A stretch of DNA of 28,614 nucleotides from an uncultured Oscillospiraceae bacterium (GTDB lineage: Bacteria > Bacillota > Clostridia > Oscillospirales > Ruminococcaceae), in the NCBI GenBank assembly GCA_964369885.1, contig CAYJGQ010000002.1, positions 10,059-38,672 of the forward strand, read 5' to 3'. The notes below the pieces were generated by a model. The model was not told the origin of the DNA. It worked only from the letters and a program-made list of their open reading frames with translations, and ran no database searches. Below, one piece after another: positions 1-7,275 of this stretch (its first letter is position 1; each line of letters begins with the position of its first letter). The position numbers and the translations under genes are program-made.

Positions 1-49
1 ACTGATGTCTTGCCCGTGTTACATCGGTCGGGATGCATTTTCAAAGTGT

Positions 50-703
50 TTAGCCACCAAAGGGATTTGTAACCCCAAGTGGTACATCGGGAATAGGCAC
101 AGGCACATACTCGGCCTCTTGATACTGCAAAAATAGCTTTGATAGCGATATTGCCGTTGATAGCTGTCCTGTGGTGGCATCGTAGGATATTGTTACCATC
201 TCAACAGCGGTGGGTTCGGTGGTGGCATAGGTGTAGTCCAGCGCATCCTTTAGCTGTTGATAGGTAAGGCTACCCGAGGTTTGGGTGGCGGTGCGGTAGG
301 CGTACATATCTGTGTAAACCTGCTGACCGTTTTCGGCCACATAGCAGGGGAATTCCATCAGCAGTGATGCCGAGGAAAATGCCACCATGTTAAGATCATA
401 ACCTACAAAATCCTCAAGCCCCAATATCCAAAGCAGGAAATCCTCCTCGCGGATGTAGGCGGGATATGTTGCGGTTTCGCTCTGGATATACTCCCATATG
501 CGCTGATTTTCCGCCTTGTAGAGGGTAAGGTTGCGGTTGTACTCCTCAAGGGTGTCCATGCGTGGGCGCAGCTGCGCTATGGCCTCGTGGTTTTGTCTTA
601 CCGCCTCGGCCAAGGGGCTGTACACCCCAAAGAAAAGCGCTATGAAAATAACCACGCCCGACAGTATAATCAAAAGTTTTTTGTTTCTATCAGTAATTCT
701 CAC
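50..703 (-). CDS. pilO: PilO-like type IV pilus assembly (alignment complex) protein
   Basis: 217-aa ORF with a GTG start at 703 and AAGGAGG about 9 nt upstream. It has a short basic N-terminus, one TM helix (LLIILSGVVIFIALFFGV), a coiled-coil stretch and a ~130-aa globular domain, which is the bitopic PilN/PilO topology. It lies 18 nt downstream of pilMN. The assignment rests on topology and operon context, not on a diagnostic motif. Confidence 0.55.
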   Translation of the reverse strand: MRITDRNKKLLIILSGVVIFIALFFGVYSPLAEAVRQNHEAIAQLRPRMDTLEEYNRNLTLYKAENQRIWEYIQSETATYPAYIREEDFLLWILGLEDFVGYDLNMVAFSSASLLMEFPCYVAENGQQVYTDMYAYRTATQTSGSLTYQQLKDALDYTYATTEPTAVEMVTISYDATTGQLSTAISLSKLFLQYQEAEYVPVPIPDVPLGVTNPFGG

Positions 704-721
704 GTCTTCTTCCTCCTTGTG

Positions 722-2365
722 TTACACAAGCTCATCTTCAAGTTGGGCTATCTCGTCGTCGGTGGGTTGCTCGGTCTCTACGGGAGGTGTTTCCTCCTCA
801 ACCTCGGGCTGATAGTACGAACAGGTTATCGAGAAGGCCACTATGGGCTCGCCCAAATCGTTTACCGATTCGGTGATGGAGCTCACGCCTATTTGCTCAA
901 TACTCGAGAAGGTTCTCATCTGGGATAGCACCACTGCTGAATCCTCCATTGTGCCAACCTCGATGTTCATTGCAACACCAAAGTTGTCACAGCTGGCCGA
1001 TAAAAGCAGAAGGTTGGAGGGCATCTTGGCCTCAAGCTCCTCAAGGAAGGCGCGCAGGGCGGCATTGTTATTTATACCATGCCCCTCAAGGGTTTTTATA
1101 TTACCCTCCATCGCGCTGTACTCAACATAGGTGTTGTAGGCCTGTTCGGCCGGAGCAAGCTCAATAATTCGGGCATTTATGGCATCAATTTCGGCGCTTG
1201 TGGCGTAGAAGTTAAGCAGTGCCGATACCGAGATTGCCACGCCCACAACTATGCACAAAATGCATACAAACACAGGGATAACCATGCCGCCGCTACTGCT
1301 TTCGCCGCTTTTGCGCAGGGTTTTTTGCTTTGCATCGGCCGGCACAAGCCCCAGAGGACTTATGGTTGCGCCAATGTTCGAGGCATAGAACGAAACATCT
1401 GTCCCCGATATCAAGGAGGATGCGCCGGGAAGTTCTTCAAGTTTTGCGGCCCCAACACCCATGGCGGTGGATATGGCCTGAGTAAGTCCGGCAACACCTG
1501 AGCAGTAATCCACAACCACCACGCGGTCAATTGTACTGCCTGTATAGGTGGAGCGGAAGAAGTCCGCACTCTTTACAACGCCGTTTACCACACGGTATGT
1601 GGATTCGTTGTACTGCTCGGGGGTAATGTTGGCTCTGATCCAGTTTTGATCTTGGCACCATGCAATGCCCTGACTAAAGGACTCGCCCTCGTTGCCCGAG
1701 AGTTGCAGTGCACTTGTTATAACATCGTCGCCGCCAAATGGCACGGTGCGCTGTAAAAGTTGTGCGCCGTGACGCACAAATGAGGTAAAGGTCTGGCGTG
1801 CGCCTACGCTTACAAACATGGTTATGCCACGACAGGGTAGCATCTTGTAGAGTTGATGCTGACTGTTTACCACATAGTCAAAGCTCAGTACGTTTAGTCC
1901 AAGCTCATTGGCAAGGTCAATATAGCTTTGGAGTAGCAGACGGGGTGCGGCGGTAATTAGCACCCTGTTGCCCTGCTGTGCATCCTCGGTATTTTGCCCA
2001 AGCACGGTGTGGGACAGCTCATAGTGGGCAATGTCTATGGGGAAGTAATCCATGGCATTGGCCCGTACAATGGCTGTAAGCTGTCTTTCCTTTACAGGAG
2101 GAAACACAGCCTCACGGCTTATTATTTTGGAAGAGCTAAGCACAAACAGCACGTTTTTTACGCCGCTTACACCGTTTTCAGAGCATTTTTGTGACAGTGC
2201 CTGAACCATGGAGGCGGTGCTAAGCACCTGTCCATCGGCCACTGCCGCTGTTGGGGTATCAAAGTAAAAACTATTTAGTATTCGTGTTCCTTTGCCCTTT
2301 TTAACCGATACACAGACCTTTGTAAGTCTGTCACCGATTTCAAGGACCAGCATTTTTTTCGCCAT
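722..2365 (-). CDS. pilM: Fused PilM-PilN type IV pilus assembly protein (actin-like ATPase-fold domain, TM helix, PilN-like ectodomain)
   Basis: 547-aa ORF. The N-terminal ~350 aa read like PilM (MLVLEIGDRLTKVCVS..., ...REAVFPPVKERQLTAIVRANAMDYFPIDIAHYELSHTVLG). A single TM helix follows (VIPVFVCILCIVVGVAISVSALLNFY), then a coiled coil plus a ~140-aa domain as in PilN, and an acidic tail (EVEEETPPVETEQPTDDEIAQLEDELV). The reading frame is continuous with no internal stop. Confidence 0.75.
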   Translation of the reverse strand: MAKKMLVLEIGDRLTKVCVSVKKGKGTRILNSFYFDTPTAAVADGQVLSTASMVQALSQKCSENGVSGVKNVLFVLSSSKIISREAVFPPVKERQLTAIVRANAMDYFPIDIAHYELSHTVLGQNTEDAQQGNRVLITAAPRLLLQSYIDLANELGLNVLSFDYVVNSQHQLYKMLPCRGITMFVSVGARQTFTSFVRHGAQLLQRTVPFGGDDVITSALQLSGNEGESFSQGIAWCQDQNWIRANITPEQYNESTYRVVNGVVKSADFFRSTYTGSTIDRVVVVDYCSGVAGLTQAISTAMGVGAAKLEELPGASSLISGTDVSFYASNIGATISPLGLVPADAKQKTLRKSGESSSGGMVIPVFVCILCIVVGVAISVSALLNFYATSAEIDAINARIIELAPAEQAYNTYVEYSAMEGNIKTLEGHGINNNAALRAFLEELEAKMPSNLLLLSASCDNFGVAMNIEVGTMEDSAVVLSQMRTFSSIEQIGVSSITESVNDLGEPIVAFSITCSYYQPEVEEETPPVETEQPTDDEIAQLEDELV

Positions 2366-2393
2366 CTAAGCAAACAACTCCTTGCTATAATGT

Positions 2394-3155
2394 TTATATT
2401 CCCAGTGATTTAATGTACATGTTTATCAGGTTGTCGCCCCACAGAAATGCCACCCATACCCCAAGTGCCAGGTATGGTCCCATGGCAAGATCTCGGCCTG
2501 CGCCGAAAAATTTCATGCGGATTATATGAACCACCGATCCCACCACGCATCCAAGCATGAAGGCCAGCAGTGTGTTCCAAAGTCCCAAAAACAGTCCGCA
2601 ACCGGCCATGAGTTTAACATCGCCGCCGCCTATTGCCCTACCGCCCGAAAGCAGTAAAAGCAACATTAAAAATCCGGCTACGCTTACTCCGCCAATTAGG
2701 TGGCTTTGCCACTGCGAAAGGTTTAGTGCAAGGCGCGCCCCCCCAAGTATTGCTATGAATATAGTGGTGGAGGGGGGAATTTCGCGTGTGCGTAGGTCAA
2801 TGACCGACAGCACCAACAGCGCCGAGGTTAAAAGGCAACCAAGCAGGGTGTCGTATGACAACCCAAAGTTTAGGGAAACCACCACCCAAAGCGCCGCATT
2901 TACGGCCTCAACAATGGGGTATTGTGGGGATATTTTATACCCACATGCCGAACATTTGCCCCGCAAAAACAGATAACTGAACAGCGGCACAAGCTCCCAA
3001 AAGCGCAACCGCTTTTGGCAGTTCATACAGTGGGAGGATTTTACAACAACCCCCTCACCAAGTGGTATGCGCAAAATGCATACATTGCAAAAGCTCCCCA
3101 CCACAAGCCCAAACAGGCCCACGATGACATAAAACGGAAGCAGGAGTGTATCCAT
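2394..3155 (-). CDS. pilD: Prepilin (type 4) leader peptidase / N-methyltransferase, peptidase A24 family
   Basis: Cys-rich cytoplasmic loop CMNCQKRL...CSACGYKI. Two catalytic-Asp contexts are present (VIDLRTREIP and GGGDVKLMAGCG), and the protein is polytopic. The ORF track starts at 3209, but the ATG at 3155 (MDTLLLPFYV...) has AGGAAAG about 7 nt upstream and matches the usual family N-terminus. Confidence 0.9.
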   Translation of the reverse strand: MDTLLLPFYVIVGLFGLVVGSFCNVCILRIPLGEGVVVKSSHCMNCQKRLRFWELVPLFSYLFLRGKCSACGYKISPQYPIVEAVNAALWVVVSLNFGLSYDTLLGCLLTSALLVLSVIDLRTREIPPSTTIFIAILGGARLALNLSQWQSHLIGGVSVAGFLMLLLLLSGGRAIGGGDVKLMAGCGLFLGLWNTLLAFMLGCVVGSVVHIIRMKFFGAGRDLAMGPYLALGVWVAFLWGDNLINMYIKSLGI

Positions 3156-3523
3156 AGGGTACTTTCCTTTCAGGTAGTGCATAGGTATTCGGTGCTGTGA
3201 ACGCCGCATCGGCGGCCTTGGGTGTAATCAAATTATAAAAAGTCCACTCGGGACGGGTTATCAAAAATAAAATAAAGCCATCAGATATTGGGCATAGCTC
3301 ATAAAAGCCATTGTAATGCTTGTGGCCATAAGGTTTGGCCTATTGCTGTTTAGGCACCGCCATGGTGCTGTGCTTTTAATTAATCGCACAATTTACAAGA
3401 ATAGTCATGGTGCAAAGTGCGTGGCAAAACTAAGCAAGGGGTTGTGGGTACCGCCCCACCGCCTGCCCTGCACAAGGAGCAGGTTTTAGGCCCAGTGTTA
3501 TACCGGGCCAAAATGCCACCCTA

Positions 3524-3552
3524 CCCGACACGCCGCAGGGCGGCGCGTCGGG
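3524..3552 (-). terminator. GC-rich hairpin ~40 nt downstream of the second pilin gene (possible attenuator or 3' stabiliser)
   Basis: Minus-sense CCCGACGCGCCG-CCCTG-CGGCGTGTCGGG, followed by a weak T tract only after ~12 nt (GGGTGGCATTTTGG). It is not a canonical U-tract terminator. Confidence 0.4.
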
Positions 3553-3593
3553 TGTGGGAAACATTCTTAAATTATAACTTTAGGGTGTATAGT

Positions 3594-4139
3594 TTAGGTT
3601 GTGGGGTAGTCCATGCCTACACCGGCGGTGCCCCAAGCGGCGCCATTGGTGCCCAAAGAGGCGGAAGCCATGGTTACGTTGCCGTCGGTCATGCTGATGG
3701 TGAAGATAAAGTCAGCGCTGTTGCCTGCTGCCGACTCGGCGTCGTCAACTACTATAGTCTCGGTGCCGGTAGCGCTACCACCTGTTGCAATCTCCCAGCC
3801 CATAACTTCTGCGGTGCTCTCCAGAATGTCATCTGCGTTTGCAGAAGTGTCAGTAATCTCAAGAGTAGGGGCATCACCTGAGGTAGACCAGGTAAAGGTG
3901 TAGGTACCACCGGGAGCTGCGTTATTGTTGGGGTCTGCCACAGCGGCAGTAGCGGCTCTCATAATGCTGGTAGCAACCTGAAGGTCGTTGGACTGGCGCG
4001 AACGCTCAACATACTGTAGGTAACGGGGAGCAAGAACTGCGGCCAATACTGCGATAATAGCAATAACTATAATCAGCTCAACCAGCGTGAAACCCTTGTT
4101 GTTCTTACGTGCTTTGTAGACTTTCTCAAAAAACTTCAT
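3594..4139 (-). CDS. pilA: Type IV pilin (second of two tandem paralogs), 181 aa
   Basis: Class III signal peptide MKFFEKVYKARKNNKG|FTLVELIIVIAIIAVLAAVLAP with Gly-1, Phe+1 and Glu+5. A hydrophobic alpha1-N helix is followed by a Thr/Ala/Gly-rich globular part with no Cys. RBS GAAGGGAAG lies upstream. Confidence 0.9.
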   Translation of the reverse strand: MKFFEKVYKARKNNKGFTLVELIIVIAIIAVLAAVLAPRYLQYVERSRQSNDLQVATSIMRAATAAVADPNNNAAPGGTYTFTWSTSGDAPTLEITDTSANADDILESTAEVMGWEIATGGSATGTETIVVDDAESAAGNSADFIFTISMTDGNVTMASASLGTNGAAWGTAGVGMDYPTT

Positions 4140-4229
4140 TTCAAAAACTTCCCTTCAATTTTTTTATTTTGACCCGCCATACTCTCTTTAGGTATTGGCG
4201 GGAAAAAACTGCTTAAATTTTTATGCCGC

Positions 4230-4718
4230 TTAGGGGGTCAATCCTATTTCGTCAATCCAGCCACTGCTTCGTGTGGCATCAACCTCCACCTGACCTGTCG
4301 AGCTATCGATGGTAAAGGCCAGACTTTGTGCTCTGCCTGCTGCGGATTCTGCTGTATCAACATCGCTTGCGGTGGGCCAACCCATTACCTCACGCACATC
4401 GGCATGGATAAGGTCGGAATTTGTACCTGTGATGTCCAGCGATACACCCGTAGCGGCGGCTGTGGACCAGACAATTGTGTAGACTTCATCTGAGCCTGCA
4501 TCGTTTTTGGGGTCGGCTATGGCGGCGGTGGCAGCCCTCATAATGTTGGTGGCCACCTGTAGGTCATTGGACTGGCGGGAACGCTCAACATATTGCAGAT
4601 ATCTCGGTGCAAGCACTGCCGCAAGTACGGCTATAATTGCAATCACGATGATAAGTTCTACCAATGTGAATCCCTTGTGGTTTTTAAGAAGCTTGTTTTT
4701 AGTGCGTGAAAGTTGCAT
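4230..4718 (-). CDS. pilA: Type IV pilin (first of two tandem paralogs), 162 aa
   Basis: Class III signal peptide MQLSRTKNKLLKNHKG|FTLVELIIVIAIIAVLAAVLAP (Gly-1/Phe+1/Glu+5). RBS AGAAAGGA lies ~9 nt upstream. The protein has no Cys. Confidence 0.9.
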   Translation of the reverse strand: MQLSRTKNKLLKNHKGFTLVELIIVIAIIAVLAAVLAPRYLQYVERSRQSNDLQVATNIMRAATAAIADPKNDAGSDEVYTIVWSTAAATGVSLDITGTNSDLIHADVREVMGWPTASDVDTAESAAGRAQSLAFTIDSSTGQVEVDATRSSGWIDEIGLTP

Positions 4719-4775
4719 TTTACAATCCTTTCTCTATTTGGGGGTCGTGTTCTTGCCGTGATGCCTATACAAATA

Positions 4776-5993
4776 TTACAGGTTATCCAGCGCGGTGTAC
4801 ATATCGGTCATGGGCAGTATTATGGAAAGCACTATTGTGCCTATAATAATTGCCAAAACGATAATCAAGATAGGTTCAAGAGCCGCCATAATTGTGGCGG
4901 TGGTATTCTCCACTTCCTCGTCGTAATAATCGGCAAGGGTGGCCAGCATGTTGTCAAGGTCACCGGCTTCCTCACCTATGCGGGTCATATGGCAAACAAG
5001 CGGTGGGAATATGCCGGCGCGCACAAATGGCTCGGAAAGTGGCATACCCATCATAACATCATCACGCGCGGTAAGCAGTGCATCCCTAAATTTTACGTTG
5101 TCCATCATGCGCGACACAATTTCAAGCGCTTCGGGCAGCTGTATGCCGGCCGCCAACAGGGTGGACAGGGTTCGGCTTATACGTGCTGCGGCTGTTTTTG
5201 TGGTAAGCTTGCCAAACAGGGGCAGTTTTAGTTGCAGGCCGCTTAACGTTTGGCGTCCTGTGGCGGTTTTGGAAAACCTAAATGTACCAAACACAGCCAG
5301 CCCCACACCAAGTATAACGGCCCACCAATAGGCCTGCATAAATCTACCTGCTGCAATTACCGCCCTTGTAAGGGCAGGCAGCTGGGTGCCCATGTCGTTA
5401 AAAACCTTTTCAAAGTTTGGAATAACAAAGGCCAACATGGCCACCACCACCAAAAAGGCTACAACTATAACAATGATGGGGTATATAGAGGCTCTTTGCA
5501 CCATGGCCTTTAGGCGTGCATCTTTTTCAAACTGGGTACCCATTCGTGCAAATGAGGTCTCAAGGCTACCCGATTCCTCACCGGCCGCCACCATGGTGGA
5601 CAAAAGGCTTGGGAATATTTTGGGATGTTCGCGCAGGGATTCGGTAAACGAATTACCCGACTGAATTGAGGTGCGACACTCGGCAATTGCGCGGGCCAGA
5701 TTTTCCTTTTCGGTTTGCTCGGACAGCATTTCAAGTGCAGACACAATGGGCACACCTGCCGCCGAGATACTTACAAACTGTCTGCAAAATACAGCCAAAT
5801 CACGGGGCTTTGGCTTGGATTCAAACAGCGTTACATTAAGGCTACGGTTCATAACCCCCGATTCGGCTATATCAACCGGGAATTTACCCTCACCCTTAAG
5901 CGCAGCGGTTACCTGCTGTGCATCGGCGGCCTCTATCACACCTTTAATTTGTTTGCCGTCGCGGTCAATTGCGACATAAGAGAAGTTGGGCAA
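4776..5993 (-). CDS. pilC: Type IV pilus platform protein PilC (GspF/T2SS-F family)
   Basis: 405 aa with two repeated GspF-type cytoplasmic domains separated by TM segments (IYPIIVIVVAFLVVVAMLAFVIP; C-terminal ALEPILIIVLAIIIGTIVLSIILPM). TTG start with GGGAGGGG 6 nt upstream. It sits between pilT and the pilins. Confidence 0.9.
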   Translation of the reverse strand: MPNFSYVAIDRDGKQIKGVIEAADAQQVTAALKGEGKFPVDIAESGVMNRSLNVTLFESKPKPRDLAVFCRQFVSISAAGVPIVSALEMLSEQTEKENLARAIAECRTSIQSGNSFTESLREHPKIFPSLLSTMVAAGEESGSLETSFARMGTQFEKDARLKAMVQRASIYPIIVIVVAFLVVVAMLAFVIPNFEKVFNDMGTQLPALTRAVIAAGRFMQAYWWAVILGVGLAVFGTFRFSKTATGRQTLSGLQLKLPLFGKLTTKTAAARISRTLSTLLAAGIQLPEALEIVSRMMDNVKFRDALLTARDDVMMGMPLSEPFVRAGIFPPLVCHMTRIGEEAGDLDNMLATLADYYDEEVENTTATIMAALEPILIIVLAIIIGTIVLSIILPMTDMYTALDNL

Positions 5994-6081
5994 TATATAC
6001 CCCTCCCTTTTATTATGAATTTTAAGTTGATGTTATGAAAAAAGTTGATATATATAAGGATTAAAATGTAATAACCAAATA

Positions 6082-7140
6082 TTACATGATAACACGCTTT
6101 GAAAGCGCTACCCTGTCCTGTGCAAACAGCAGTGCTGTCTCGGCTGTAATGTCGCCCGATTGGTAAAGGCTAAACAGCGAATCATCCATTGTGGTCATGC
6201 CGGCCTTTGCGTTTGTAAGCATAACAGAGGGGATTTGGTAGGTCTTGCCCTCACGTATGTTGTTGCGCACGGCATTGTTGCCAAGCATAACCTCAAAGGC
6301 GGCCACTCGGCCCTGTCCGTCGGCGGTGGGCATAAGTTGCTGTGACACCACGCACTCAAGCACATCGGCCAACTGTATGCGTATTTGCTGTTGTTGGTGG
6401 GGCGGAAAAACGTCAATTACACGGTCGATTGTATTGGCCGCACCCACGGTATGCAGTGTCGAGAAAACAAGATGTCCTGTTTCGGCCGCCGTTACGGCAA
6501 TCGAGATGGTTTCAAGGTCACGCATCTCTCCCACAAGGATTACATCGGGATCCTGACGAAGGGCGGCACGCAGAGCATTTGGGAAACTGTGTGTGTCGCT
6601 GCCGACCTCGCGCTGATTTACCACAGATTTTTTGTGCTGATGCACATACTCTATTGGGTCCTCAAGTGTGATTATATGCTTGTTGTACTTGCTGTTTATT
6701 TCGTTTATAAGACTTGCAAGGGTGGTGGACTTACCACTACCCGTAGCGCCGGTTACCAGTACCAGTCCGCGCTTTTTGTCGCACAAATCCACCACGGGGG
6801 TGGGCAGGCGCAAATCCTGCGGATTTGGTATGCGTGCATTAAGCACACGGGCGGCCATGGCGTAGCTTCCCTTTTGGGAAAAAACGTTGATACGAAAACG
6901 CCCAAGCCCCTCAACCGAGTGTGCAAAGTCCACCTCACCACGGTCGGTTAAAACGGTCATTAGCTCTTTGTTTGCCACGCCTCTTACCACGTCCTGAATG
7001 TCAGCTGCGCTAAGAGCGGTGGAGGAGAGTGGCACAAGATGTCCATGAACTCGTCCTACCGGGGGGAGGTTTGCGGTCAGGTGCAAATCCGAGGCTTCCT
7101 TTTGTACTGCAAGCGAAATTAGCTCTGTAAAATTCGGCAT
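6082..7140 (-). CDS. pilT: Twitching-motility retraction ATPase PilT
   Basis: 352 aa. Walker A GATGSGKSTT, Asp box/Walker B ILVGEMRD, His box FSTLHT, and the PilT-type C-terminal motif AVRNNIREGKTYQIPSVM. Confidence 0.9.
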   Translation of the reverse strand: MPNFTELISLAVQKEASDLHLTANLPPVGRVHGHLVPLSSTALSAADIQDVVRGVANKELMTVLTDRGEVDFAHSVEGLGRFRINVFSQKGSYAMAARVLNARIPNPQDLRLPTPVVDLCDKKRGLVLVTGATGSGKSTTLASLINEINSKYNKHIITLEDPIEYVHQHKKSVVNQREVGSDTHSFPNALRAALRQDPDVILVGEMRDLETISIAVTAAETGHLVFSTLHTVGAANTIDRVIDVFPPHQQQQIRIQLADVLECVVSQQLMPTADGQGRVAAFEVMLGNNAVRNNIREGKTYQIPSVMLTNAKAGMTTMDDSLFSLYQSGDITAETALLFAQDRVALSKRVIM

Positions 7141-7275
7141 AGAGATTACTCTCCCATCAAATTATGTTTGTCAGTCCTACCAAATATCGACCGACAATTT
7201 ATAATGTTTAGCTATTTTTGGGTTTTTGCGAAAAATACTACCCAAATGCTACCGGTCAAACAAAATATGTCGGTT

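Noticed and set aside
1-38. Possible start of the next minus-strand gene after pilO (ATG at 38->36, MHPDRCNTGKTS...)
   Set aside because: Only 12 codons are visible. There is no convincing RBS and no class III pilin signal, so it cannot be supported from this window.
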